64,000 bases of DNA from an uncultured Candidatus Rokubacteria bacterium (GTDB taxonomy: Bacteria > Methylomirabilota > Methylomirabilia > Rokubacteriales > DASRDR01): contig CAWGVS010000005.1 in assembly GCA_963826115.1 (NCBI GenBank), positions 1,024,001 to 1,088,000 on the forward strand. Reading direction: 5' to 3'. The stretch's first letter is position 1. The number at the start of each line of letters is the position of its first letter. The notes under the pieces are model-generated. The model was not told the origin of the DNA. It worked only from the letters and a program-made list of their open reading frames with translations, and ran no database searches. The translations under genes and the position numbers were made by a program. Below are positions 49,250 through 59,500 of the stretch, one piece after another.

Positions 49250-50145
49250 AGACGAGGTCGACGACGAGGTTCATCGTCGCGAGGAACGCGCCGTACACGA
49301 GAACGACGGCCATGATCATGGGATAGTCGCGGCCGGTCATCGAGAGCACGAAGAACTGTCCCATGCCTGGCACCCGGAAGATGGCCTCCACGAAGAACGA
49401 GCCGGTGCCGACGGCGGCGAACAAGGGGCCCAGGAGCGTCACGATCGGGATCAGCGCGTTCTTCAGAGCGTGCTTGAAGATCACCGGCGGCTCAGCGAGC
49501 CCCTTCGCGCGCGCGGTGAGCGTGAAATCCGACCGGATGACCTCGAGCATGCTGGCGCGCGTGTACCGGGCGACCAGGCCCATGGGGGCCAGCGACAGAG
49601 TGAGTGGTCGGCAGGACCCAGTTGCGGGGTGAGTCCCACCCCCCGGTCGGGAAGAGCGGGATGACGAACGAGAACATCACGATGGCGAAGACGGCCAGGA
49701 CGAAGTTCGGCACGGCCACGCCGAACGTCGCGACGCAGACCGACACGTAGTCCCAGGCCCGGTTCTGGTGCATGGCGGCCAGGATGCCGAGCGCCAGTCC
49801 TCCGACGACAGCCAGGACGAAGGCCATCGTGCCCAGCCAGAGCGAAACGGGGAACGTCTGGGCGATGATCTCGCTGACCGTTCGGGTCTTGTAGACAAAC
49901 GACTGGCCGAAGTCCCCTCGGGCGGCCTTGCCGACGAAGATGAGGAACTGCTGGTAGAGCGGCCGGTCGAGGCCGTAGGCCTTGGCGAGGTTTTTCTGGG
50001 CCTCGGGAGGCAGAGGATTTGCGCCTTCTGCCACGGGATCGAGCGGACTTCCTGGCGTCGCATGCATCACCAGGAAGGTCACGAGCGCCATGGCCAGGAG
50101 CGTCGGGGCCAGCCACAGGACGCGAGACGCCGCGTATTGGAGCAC
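49215..50145 (-). pseudogene. oppB: Peptide ABC permease (OppB-like), frameshifted near 49605
   Basis: YGLDRPL, GDFGQS, then CCG ACC A CTC ACT CTG; removing one base gives VLPTLTLSLAPMGLVARYTRASMLEV...ARAKGL. Confidence 0.85.
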
Positions 50146-50303
50146 CCGAATCCCCCCAGGGGTGCCCTACTATCGGGTGCGGTCCGGAGGGAGTCAAGAG
50201 GTCCGTCGCGTCGGCCACGGCCCCGGAGGTCCTCGACAGTCACGTGGCGCGCGCCTGGCGCGTCGGCGGGCGCCGTGGTAGGAGTGTCGCGAGAGGGATC
50301 TCG

Positions 50304-51125
50304 GTGAACGTCACGCTTCTCGGAACCGGATGCCCGCCGCCGAATCCGGCCCGTCGTGGCCCCGCGACCCTCGTTCGCGCCGGCGCGGAGACGCTCCTCG
50401 TGGATGCCGGATCCGGGGTGGCCGTGCAGCTGCTCCGCGCCGGGGTCCGGGCGAGCCAGCTCCAGCGTGTCCTGCTCACCCATTTGCACTCCGACCACGT
50501 CATCGACCTCGGCCATCTCGTGCTGACCCGCTGGATCGTCGGCGAGAACACGCCGCTCGAGGTGTTCGGCCCGGCCGGCACGGCCGCCCACGTGGAGCGG
50601 CTCCTCGCTCTCTGGGCCTGGGACGTCGAGGTCCGGCGCTCGCACATGCGCGAGCGCGAGCCGCCCCGCGTGCGCGTGACGGAGATCGAGGAGGGCCTGG
50701 TGTTCGAGCGGGACGGCGTGCGCGTCACCGCGTTCCTCGTGGAGCACGAGCCCGTGAAACCCGCGTTCGGGTTTCGCTTCGACGCGCCCGGCCGCCGCGT
50801 CGTGATCTCGGGGGACACGCGGCCCTCGGAGAACCTGATCCGGCACGCGCAGCAGGCGGACCTCCTGATCCACGAGTGCACCGACATGACCTTCGCGGCG
50901 TGGACGCCCGGGTGCGGCTGGCCGACGCGAGAGGCGAAGGTGCGCGACCTGCAGGCCTATCACACGGGACCGGACGAGGTCGGCGCGGTTGCAGCCGAGG
51001 CTCGCGCGCGCCATCTGGTGCTCACGCACCTGATGCCGGGCTCCGAGCCCGGTGACCTGATCGATCGAGCCCGCGCGCGCTTCGCCGGTCCGATCACGGT
51101 CGGCGAGGACCTCGCCGCGCTGTAG
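50304..51125 (+). CDS. MBL-fold hydrolase, RNase Z/AtsA-like
   Basis: LLGTGCP, LVDAG, THLHSDH, ISGDT, LIHE, LTHL. Confidence 0.88.
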   Translation: MNVTLLGTGCPPPNPARRGPATLVRAGAETLLVDAGSGVAVQLLRAGVRASQLQRVLLTHLHSDHVIDLGHLVLTRWIVGENTPLEVFGPAGTAAHVERLLALWAWDVEVRRSHMREREPPRVRVTEIEEGLVFERDGVRVTAFLVEHEPVKPAFGFRFDAPGRRVVISGDTRPSENLIRHAQQADLLIHECTDMTFAAWTPGCGWPTREAKVRDLQAYHTGPDEVGAVAAEARARHLVLTHLMPGSEPGDLIDRARARFAGPITVGEDLAAL

Positions 51126-51539
51126 GCGCGGAGGGCCTACGCCGAGCGCTCGCGGTTACGGCGCCTCCGGCCCCTCAGATGTCACGGCCAGCGCTTTGGG
51201 CCCCCCGCGCGCCCGGCCTCCGCCTCCTCGACAAAGACCCGCGCGTCCGCACGTAGGCCGTCCCAGCCACGTTTCTGTATCCCCTCCCCCGTCCCCCGCT
51301 CGCGGGCGCGCGGCATCGGCCGCGCACCCGAACAACAGCGCGGCGCAGCCGCGTCGGAGGGCGAGGGGGTCAGGACGTGAGGCCCGGAACCCGACCGACA
51401 GGTCCCGCGTGCAGAGTGCGTTCGATGAGCTAGGAGGCCGCCTAGCGTCCGACCCGTGCTTCCTGGTAGGGTCAGGCTGGCGTTCCCCTCGGAATGGCAG
51501 CCGCGTCCCACTGGCCTCAGTCGACGGAAGGATTCATCG

Positions 51540-52529
51540 ATGCTCGCCCGGCTCATGGCCGCGACCATCCTCGCCCTGGCCCTCCTCGCCGCGCCGCTCG
51601 CCGTTGCGGCACAGCCGGCGGGGAAAGGCCACCGGATCGGCTTTCTGGGCGTGGGCTCGCGCGAGGGCCGGGCGTTCTTGATTGACGGCTTTCTCCAGGG
51701 GCTGCGCGAGCACGGCTACGTCGAGGGCCGAAACATCTTCATCGAGTACCGCTTCTCCGAGGACCGCAACGATCGGCTGCCCGCGCTCGCGGCGGAACTG
51801 GTCGATCAGAAGGTGGAGCTCATCCTGGCGTCCGGTACCCCGGCGAGCTTTGCGGCCAGGCAGGCCACCCGTACGATTCCGATCGTCATGGGAAGCCTGG
51901 CCGCCAATCCGGTCGAGACCGGCCTCATCGTCAGCCTGGCGCGGCCCGGTGGCAACATCACCGGGATGACGCAGATGGCCGCGCAGCTCGGCGGGAAGCG
52001 GCTGGAGCTGCTCAAGGAGACCGTGCCGGGTCTGTCGCGCGTGGCTGTCTTCTGGAATCCCGACAACCCCGCCTACGGGCCCATCCTGAAAGAGCTCGAG
52101 GCGGCGGCCCCCGTGCTGGGGGTGGAGCTTCGCCGCGTGGAGGTGCGAGTTCCCGAGGATTTCGAGGCCGCCTTTCAGGGCGCGACCAGGCAGCGTGCCG
52201 GGGCGCTGATCGTCCCCAGCGACCCCCTGGTCACCAACCGGCCCCGCACGGTCGCGGACCTGGCGCTCAGATATCGACTGCCAACGATGTTCGAGAACAA
52301 GGAGTTCACGGAAGTCGGGGGCCTCCTGTCTCTCGGGGTTGACCTCGTCGACTCGTACCGGCGCGCCGCGAGCCATGTGGACAAGATCCTGAAGGGGGCC
52401 AAGCCCGGCGACCTGCCGATGGAGCAGCCCACGAAGTTCGACCTGTTCGTCAACCTGAAGACAGCCAAGGCCCTCGGCCTCACGATCCCGCCGTCGGTGC
52501 TCGCGCGGGCGGACGAGATACTTAAGTGA
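51540..52529 (+). CDS. Orphan ABC substrate-binding protein (ABC_sub_bind family), copy 1
   Basis: GLREHGYVEG, SLARPGGNITG, KRLELLKE, P.DLP.EQPTKF..VNLKTAKALGLTIP. Confidence 0.9.
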   Translation: MLARLMAATILALALLAAPLAVAAQPAGKGHRIGFLGVGSREGRAFLIDGFLQGLREHGYVEGRNIFIEYRFSEDRNDRLPALAAELVDQKVELILASGTPASFAARQATRTIPIVMGSLAANPVETGLIVSLARPGGNITGMTQMAAQLGGKRLELLKETVPGLSRVAVFWNPDNPAYGPILKELEAAAPVLGVELRRVEVRVPEDFEAAFQGATRQRAGALIVPSDPLVTNRPRTVADLALRYRLPTMFENKEFTEVGGLLSLGVDLVDSYRRAASHVDKILKGAKPGDLPMEQPTKFDLFVNLKTAKALGLTIPPSVLARADEILK

Positions 52530-53509
52530 TGGACCGGCGAGCCTTCGTTGCTGGCACCCTGACCCTCCTCGCCGCGCCGCTCGCCACGGAGGCGCAGCCG
52601 GCGGGTAAGGTCTTCCGGATCGGCGTGCTCAGCCCGGGCTTGGCCCAAGGCTCGTTGGTCGAGATGGCGGCCCTCCGGACCGGGCTCGGCGAGGTCGGGT
52701 ACGTCGAGGGCCAGAACATCCGCATCGACTGGCAATTTGCCGAGGGCAGCCCTCAGCGGCTGAACGAGCTCGCGGCCGAGCTCGTCCGTCTCAAGCCTGA
52801 CGTGATCTTCACGATCAACACCCCCGCCGCGGCGGCCGCCAAGAGCGCGACCAGCACGATGCCCATCGTCTTCGTGAGAGTCAGCGATCCCATCGGGGCG
52901 GGGCTGGTCCCGAGCCTGGCGCGGCCGGGAGGGAACGTGACGGGCCTGGCTTCGTTCGTGGCCGAGATGGGCCCGAAACGCCTGGAGCTTCTCAAGCAGG
53001 CCATTCCGCGCCTCTCCCGGGTCGCTGTGCTCTGGAATGCTCCGAGCAAGGGCGCGCAGCTGGTATTCACGGAGCTCAAGGCGGCGGGTCCCCGCCTCGG
53101 CGTGCAGATCCAAGACGCGGGCGTGCGAGACCCGAATGAGCTGGCGGGCGTCTTCGGCGCCGCGGCCGAGGCACGGGCCAGTGCCCTGGTCGTGATCGAT
53201 GACCTGGTGATCGATTCATACCGGACCGAGATCCTGGCCCTGGCCGCGAAGCACCGGCTCGGGGTGGCCTCCATATATCGGGAGTACACGAACGCGGGGG
53301 GTCTCATGGCCTACGGTCCCAGCCTGTCGGATACGTATCGGCGCGCCGCGACCTACGTCGACAGGATTCTCCGCGGCGCCAGGCCGGCCGATCTTCCAGT
53401 CCAGCAACCCGCAAAGTTTGACTTCGTGATCAACCTCAAGACCGCCAAGACCCTCGGCCTGACGATCCCGCCCTCACTGCTCGCGCGGGCGGATGAGGTC
53501 ATTCAGTGA
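52529..53509 (+). CDS. Orphan ABC substrate-binding protein, copy 2
   Basis: TGATG overlap; MDRRAF Tat-like start; same family motifs; ends IPPSLLARADEVIQ. Confidence 0.9.
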   Translation: MDRRAFVAGTLTLLAAPLATEAQPAGKVFRIGVLSPGLAQGSLVEMAALRTGLGEVGYVEGQNIRIDWQFAEGSPQRLNELAAELVRLKPDVIFTINTPAAAAAKSATSTMPIVFVRVSDPIGAGLVPSLARPGGNVTGLASFVAEMGPKRLELLKQAIPRLSRVAVLWNAPSKGAQLVFTELKAAGPRLGVQIQDAGVRDPNELAGVFGAAAEARASALVVIDDLVIDSYRTEILALAAKHRLGVASIYREYTNAGGLMAYGPSLSDTYRRAATYVDRILRGARPADLPVQQPAKFDFVINLKTAKTLGLTIPPSLLARADEVIQ

Positions 53510-53578
53510 CCAGCAGGGCGCGCTTCTTGCTGGGGCGATCCCATCGCAGCCAGTCTCGCCTGAGTAAGGCATTGTCTC

Positions 53579-54481
53579 GTGGAGCCTGATCGGGCGAGCT
53601 GGACCGCGAGATTGGCCGCCTACGCGCGCGCATATCACTACGCCCACGACTCACGCCGGGTATTCGAGGACTTCCTGGCGGGCGCGCTCATCACGCGAGA
53701 AGACCGGGAGACCATGGACACACAGTGGGCACCCGCGGCGGCCGACTCTCAGCCGAGACGGCCGGGCGGCGCCCACATGCTCGGCAGAGCGCGCTACAAC
53801 GAGGACAAACTCTTCGGCGCGATCGACAAAGGCATCTCACAGTACGTCATCGTCGGCGCTGGCATGGACACCTTCGCGCTACGGCGGCCCGACCTCCAGG
53901 AGCGTCTCCGGATCTTCGAGCTCGATCACCCCGCGACGCAGGCGTTGAAGCGGGACCGGCTGTCTCAGGCCGCCCTGGCTCTACCACCCCACCTCCACTT
54001 CTGCCCGACTGATTTCGAGCGCGAGAGCGTCGGATCCTCACTGTCCCGATCGCCATTCGACCCCGGGGTTCCGACGTTCTTCTCATGGCTGGGCGTCACG
54101 TACTACCTGACGCGCGAGGCGATTCGCAACACGCTCACGTCGATCTCGACCGTGGCAGCGCCGAACAGTGAACTCGTCATGGACTACGCGGATGCGGCCG
54201 CGCTTCTTCCAGACAATCAGTCTCCCCAGATCCGGGACCTCTTCTTGCGACTCCAGAGCGTGGGCGAGCCCCTGATATCCGGTTTCCACCCGTGCACACT
54301 GACTGAAGAGCTCGCAGCGCTCGGGTTCGACCTCTTGGAGGATTTGGACGCCAAGGTGCAAGAAGCACGCTACTTTGCGGGTCGAGTCGATGGGTTCCGT
54401 CCGGTTGAGTTCGCTCACTTGGCGCATGCACGTCGGATCCCGCCTCCGATGCTGGCGCGGGCGGATGAGGTGATCCAGTAG
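53579..54481 (+). CDS. SAM-dependent methyltransferase (LCM/TIGR00027-like) with SBP-derived C-terminal tail
   Basis: QYVIVGAGMDT, FELDHPATQ, WLGVTYYL; ends IPPPMLARADEVIQ. Confidence 0.85.
   Translation: MEPDRASWTARLAAYARAYHYAHDSRRVFEDFLAGALITREDRETMDTQWAPAAADSQPRRPGGAHMLGRARYNEDKLFGAIDKGISQYVIVGAGMDTFALRRPDLQERLRIFELDHPATQALKRDRLSQAALALPPHLHFCPTDFERESVGSSLSRSPFDPGVPTFFSWLGVTYYLTREAIRNTLTSISTVAAPNSELVMDYADAAALLPDNQSPQIRDLFLRLQSVGEPLISGFHPCTLTEELAALGFDLLEDLDAKVQEARYFAGRVDGFRPVEFAHLAHARRIPPPMLARADEVIQ
54436..54481 (+). repeat. Copy of the SBP 3'-terminal sequence at the end of the methyltransferase
   Basis: GATCCCGCCTCCGATGCTGGCGCGGGCGGATGAGGTGATCCAGTAG versus GATCCCGCCCTCACTGCTCGCGCGGGCGGATGAGGTCATTCAGTGA (53464-53509); related copies end SBP1 and SBP3. 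Confidence 0.85.
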
Positions 54482-55474
54482 GTGGACCGGCGCGCCTTCC
54501 TCGCCGGCTCCCTGGGCGCCCTCGCCGCGCCGGTCGCCGCGGGGGCGCAGCAGGCAGACCGCATTTGGCGGGTCGGCCTCCTCATTCCGTTCGCCGAGAG
54601 CGACGCGGAAGCGCAGACCCAGGTTGCAGCGTTCCTGGGGGCCCTGCGGACACTTGGTTGGGACGAAGGTCGAAATGTGCGCATCGATTATCGTTGGGCT
54701 GCGCGGGATACCACTCGTATTCGGGCATCTGCGAAGGAGCTGGTGGAGCTTCGGCCCGACGTGATTCTCGCCCGCACCACCCCAGTGACCGCCGCACTCC
54801 AAAGAGAGACCAGCACCATCCCGATAGTCTTCGTTGTCGTCTCTGATCCCGTTGGCGACGGCCTCGTCGCGACTGTCGCGCGTCCTGGTGGCAACATCAC
54901 GGGATTCACCAATGTGGATGCTTCGCTAGGCGGCAAATGGCTGCAGTTGCTCAAGGAGATCGCACCTCGCATCAAGAAGATCGCGTTCCTTTTCGATCCC
55001 AGGATGGCCCCCGGTGGGGGAGTGTATTACCGTCGTCTGATCGAGGACGCTGCTCCATCCATCGGGGTACAGGCGATCGAGACCGCGGTGCATGACGCCG
55101 CGGATATCAAGCGCGCCATCGAGGGGTTCGTGCGGGAACCGAACGGTGGTCTTGTTGTGCTACCCGATGTGACGACCATTAATCACCGCAGGACGACGAT
55201 TTCGCTGGCGGCCAACCATCGCCTGCCGGCCATCTATCCGACCGACTACTTCACGAAGGATGGCGGTCTAATATCCTACGGAGCCGACTATCTGGACTTG
55301 TATAGAAAGTCAGCGTCATATGTGGATCGCATCCTTCGCGGTGCGAAGCCGATTGACCTTCCAGTGCAGGGACCGATCAAGTTCCAGTTAACCGTCAACC
55401 TGAAGACCGCCAAAGCGCTCGGCCTCACGATCCCGCCCGCGGTGCTCGCACGGGCAGATGAAGTGATTCAGTGA
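54482..55474 (+). CDS. Orphan ABC substrate-binding protein, copy 3
   Basis: MDRRAFL start directly after TAG; ARPGGNITG; ends IPPAVLARADEVIQ; interior visibly more AT-rich. Confidence 0.9.
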   Translation: MDRRAFLAGSLGALAAPVAAGAQQADRIWRVGLLIPFAESDAEAQTQVAAFLGALRTLGWDEGRNVRIDYRWAARDTTRIRASAKELVELRPDVILARTTPVTAALQRETSTIPIVFVVVSDPVGDGLVATVARPGGNITGFTNVDASLGGKWLQLLKEIAPRIKKIAFLFDPRMAPGGGVYYRRLIEDAAPSIGVQAIETAVHDAADIKRAIEGFVREPNGGLVVLPDVTTINHRRTTISLAANHRLPAIYPTDYFTKDGGLISYGADYLDLYRKSASYVDRILRGAKPIDLPVQGPIKFQLTVNLKTAKALGLTIPPAVLARADEVIQ

Positions 55475-55561
55475 CGCGCCCACGCACGCGACCGGAAAGG
55501 GCCGGCAGCGCCCCTTGACGCCCCCGCCCCGACCCCAAGGGGGGGGCGGCCTCTCCTGGGT

Positions 55562-55798
55562 GTCCTGACTGCAGCCGGCGTCCGCTACCGGGAGCCCGAG
55601 CGACTCCGGCACACGTTCGCCAGCACGATGCTGTCGCGTAATGCCCCGCTGCTCTACGTGCAGAAGCAGGGTGGCTGGCGAAGCGCGGCCGTGCTCCTGC
55701 GCGTCTACAGCCGCTGGCTCCCCCCGGATATCGACGGGGGGTCGATGCAACCGTCCGCAACCCCCGCGCAACCGGCCGTGGTCGCGCCGCGGAAGTAG
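55562..55798 (+). pseudogene. C-terminal remnant of a tyrosine recombinase/integrase
   Basis: VLTAAGVRYREPERLRHTFASTMLSRNAPLLYVQKQGGWRSAAVLLRVYSRWLP (box II with catalytic Tyr); no N-terminal domain; not in ORF track. Confidence 0.82.
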
Positions 55799-55810
55799 CG
55801 GGAATCTATG

Positions 55811-55842
55811 ACCCGCCGAGCAGCGGGCGAAACTTCCAGAAG
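55811..55842. repeat. Left attachment-site repeat (duplicate of the 3' end of gene 61877-63295)
   Basis: ACCCGCCGAGCAGCGGGCGAAACTTCCAGAAG, 28/32 identical to 61879-61910; minus strand reads FWKFRPLLGGS*. Confidence 0.85.
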
Positions 55843-56059
55843 CACTTGGCCCCCACGCGCGTGCTCGAAAATCCGGCACGTTACAAGACAGCGGCCCGAA
55901 ATCTATCCCCTGGCAACATAACCACACGCGGCCTCGACCTGCGTACGTCACGACTTGCGCGACACCACCGTGAGCTCCCATTAACGCCGGGTCAGCTGGA
56001 CGCATTCCAGCGGCCCGGCGACAGGTCTCCCAGTACCACCGTGCTATCCTAGCGACACA

Positions 56060-56293
56060 ATGACCTCATCAGCTGAACACACCAATCTGCCTGAAGTGAT
56101 CTTCCTCGTCGAGGAAGCCCCCGAGGGCGGTTTCACCGCACGGGCCCTGGGAGAATCAATCTTCACCGAGGCCAACGACATGGAAGACCTCCATGCGAAG
56201 GTCCGAGACGCGGTTCACTGTCACTTCGACGAGGGCAAGACTCCGAAGGTCATCCGGCTCCATTTCGTCCGTGAGGAAGTCATCAAGGCTTGA
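56060..56293 (+). CDS. HicB-like antitoxin (short form)
   Basis: EVIFLVEEAPEGGFTARALGESIFTEA...VRDAVHCHF; TGCTATCCT extended -10 just upstream; coupled to hicA. Confidence 0.75.
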   Translation: MTSSAEHTNLPEVIFLVEEAPEGGFTARALGESIFTEANDMEDLHAKVRDAVHCHFDEGKTPKVIRLHFVREEVIKA

Positions 56294-56535
56294 GGCTGCC
56301 GCGGGACGTCTCTGGGGAGGATCTCGCGAAGGCACTCGGTGATCTCGGCTACCGGATCACTCGCCAATCCGGTAGCCATCTCAGACTGACCACGCTCGAA
56401 CGCGGCGAGCACCACGTCACCATCCCTCGCCACGCTGCGCTCCGGGTTGGGACACTGTCCGGTCTCCTCGGCGACGTGGCCCAGCATTTCGCCCTGAGCC
56501 GAGAGGAGCTGATCGAGCGGTTGTTTGGGCGATAG
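56290..56535 (+). CDS. hicA: HicA family toxin (mRNA interferase)
   Basis: LPRDVSG, LGYRITRQSGSHLRL, VTIPRH, LRVGTL; TTGA overlap. Confidence 0.88.
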   Translation: MRLPRDVSGEDLAKALGDLGYRITRQSGSHLRLTTLERGEHHVTIPRHAALRVGTLSGLLGDVAQHFALSREELIERLFGR

Positions 56536-56580
56536 ACGACCAGGAGCGAGGTCGGCTGAAGTCCCGACACTGCGCATTCG

Positions 56581-59500
56581 TCAGCCACGCTCCGTCAGCG
56601 CCGCCTCCGCCTGCGCCAGCCAGAAGCCCATCTCCATCTCTCGATACATATTCGTGGCCGCGGTCAGGTGCTCGTGGGCCTTCGGACGATCACCGGTGCG
56701 GCGATAGAGTTTGCCGAGGCCGAGGTGGCAGTGGGCGACGAGGGGGCGCATGCCGCGCGGCTCGGCGAGCTCCAGCGCCCGGCGGTAGTGGGCCTCGCCG
56801 CTGTCGGCGTCCAACCGGTCGGGATGGGTCGCGATGTCGCCGAGCAGGTGCCGCGCGTCAGCCGCGAACCCGTGCTGCCCCGGAGAGGATTCGACCGCGC
56901 GGTCGGCCAGGCGCTGCGCTTCGTCGAGCCGGCCGAGCAGCAGACCGGCGCGACCCAGCGAGTGGTAGTCCCAACTGCGATAGGCGATGAACCCCCTTGC
57001 CGCCTGACGTTCGAGAAGCCGCTCGCCCTCCCGGAGCCGGTCCAGCGCCTCACTCGCTTCGCCAAGCTGCGCCAATGCCCAGGCGGAGGAGGCGACCGCG
57101 GTGGGAAGCTGAAAGACGACGTTTCGCGGCCGCACCACCGCAATCCACTGCTCGATCAGTGTCCGCGCGTTCGGCCAGTCGCCCTTGAGGAGGCGAAGCG
57201 TGCCCGCGGCGAGGTGGGCCCAGCCGACGGTGTGCGCGTGCTGTGTCGGCTCGGCAAGCCGGATCGCGTCGGCTTCATACGTGGCCGCCTCGATGAACCG
57301 GCCAAGTTGGGCGAGGCTCATGGCCAGGTAGGAGCGGTCGAGGACCGATGGCGGGACGGCCAGGCCGAAATACTCGGAGGCCAAGTCGGCCGGCAGCGCC
57401 GCGAGGTTGCCCGTCGCCAGCTCGACCACTCGCTCGTACTCGCCCCGGTAGTAATGCCCTTCAACGAGACAGCTCGTGGCGAGAATTCGGAGCCTCACAT
57501 CCCCGAGACGCCCGGCGATCGCCAGCGCGCGAGTGCCGGTCACGAGCGCGTCGTCCAATTCGCCGAGATCGTTCAGGGCCATCGTCACGAACGCGCCGGC
57601 GCGGCCTCGCCGGCGGTCATCGTTCAACCGTTCGGCGAGGGCCTCGGCTTCGCGCAAGCGGTCCCGCACTCGCTGGACTTCACCGAGTTGGTTCAGCACT
57701 GGCCGCAGTTCGAGGCGGATCTCGAAGCTCTGCTCCAGCATGGACGGGCTCTCCGGCAGCGCCTCGAGGACCCCCAGCGCCTGCTCGAACCAGACCCGAG
57801 CATCCGAGAGCGCCGATCGCGCGGCCGCCTTGAGCCCGGCCTGCCGGGTATAGTCCACCGCCTTCTCCCGCAACTCACCCCGGACCGCGTGATGAGCGAG
57901 CCGCTCGATCTCTGCGCCAAGGCGGTCTTGGTGGAGCGTCTCGATTGCTTCGACGATCCGCGCGTGCAGCTCGCGGCGCCGCTCCTGCAGCAAGCCGCCG
58001 TACGCGACCTCGTGCGTGAGCGCGTGCCGGAACGTGTACTCGAGATCCGGGAACAGCCGCGTCTCGTAGAGGAATTCGGTCGCCTGAAGCTGGGCGAGCC
58101 CCTGGCGGAGACGGTCCTCGGGCTCGTCGGCCACAGCCTGGAGCAGCGAGAAGGGAACGTCGGTGCCGATCACCGCGGCCGCCTGCAGCAGTCGTTTGTC
58201 CTCCGGGTCCAGTCGGTCGATCCGGGCCGCCAGCATCGCCTGGGCCGTGGCCGGGACCCGGAGGCCTTGGACGATCCGGGTCACGCGATATGCTCCACGC
58301 TCCCCCGCCAGGACTCCCGTCTCGACCAGCGATCGAACGCTCTCCTCCACGAAGAACGGGTTGCCCTCGGTCCGCTCGATCACGAGCCGCTTGAGCGGGG
58401 CGAGCGCGGTGTCGTTCCCGAGCAGGGCGTCGAGCAAGGCCTCGGCGCTCTCGGGCGCCAGGGGATTGATCTGGAGCTGCCGGTAGTAGGTCTTGCTCCC
58501 CCAGCCGTGGCGGTACTCCGGGCGGTAGTTTACGAGGAGGAGCAGCCTGGCCGTGGGCAGGCTCTCCACCAGGCTGTCCAAGAAGGCCTGAGTCTCGGCG
58601 TCGATCCAGTGCAAGTCCTCGAACAGGACCACGAGCGGCTGCACCTGGCTCTCGCGCAGGAGCAGACGCTTGACGCCGTCAAGGATACGCTGGCGGCGCT
58701 GGGGCGGATCGAGGCGTGCCCAGTGCTCGTCCTCGATCGGGACGTCAAGCAGCCACAGAATCGGGAAGACGCAGGGCTCAAGCTGCCGGTCGAGAGAGAG
58801 GAGCCTGCCCGTCACCTTCTCGCCGATCTTGCGGGCATCGTCGGTGCTCTCGATCTGGAAGTACGCTCGGAGCAGCTCGATGAGGGGCAGGTAGTTCGTC
58901 GCCTTGCCGTAGGAGACGGAGCCGGACTCGAGGATCAGCCAGCCCTCGGCGCGATCGGAGTGACTGAACTCCCAAAAGAGCCGGGACTTCCCGACACCGG
59001 GCTCCCCCACGAGGGCCACCACCTGTCCGTGACCGGCTCGCGCGCGCTCGAGCGCCTGGCGGAGCTGATCCAGCTCGCTCTCTCGGCCCACGAATTGGGC
59101 CAGGCCGCGGACGGCCGCGGCCTGGAAGCGCGAGCGGACCGTGGCGGCCCGGGTCAGTTCGTAGACCTCGAGCAACATCTCCAGCCCCTTGACCCGCACC
59201 GGGCCGAGCGATTTGACCTCGACGTAGCCTTCGGCCAGCGCCAGCGTCTCGGGCGTGATCACGATCGCGCCGGGGTCGGCGAGCTGCTCCATCCGCGCGG
59301 CCAGGTGCGTCGTCTGGCCGACGGCGGTGTAGTCCATACGGAGATCGCTGCCTATGGCGCGGACGACGACCTCGCCTGAGTTCAGCCCGACGCGGATCTT
59401 GACGACGGCCGCATGAGAGCGCCGCACCTCGTCCGCGTACGTCTTCACGCGCTCCTGCATCCTGAGTGCCGCGTAGCATGCCCGCACCGCATGGTCCTCG

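Noticed and set aside
51126-51539. Searched for a third att copy or a gene bounding the older element
   Set aside because: No AACTTCCAGAAG-like sequence and no credible ORF seen.
55981-56025. Bulged hairpin preceded by TTAAC, superficially like an integron attC
   Set aside because: No matching GTTRRRY end, single copy, and the integrase shows no IntI-specific insertion; function unknown.
55846-56052. 68-aa ORF with NITTRGLDL, reminiscent of MOSC proteins
   Set aside because: Only a short match, TTG start, atypical codon usage, at the element end; likely non-coding.
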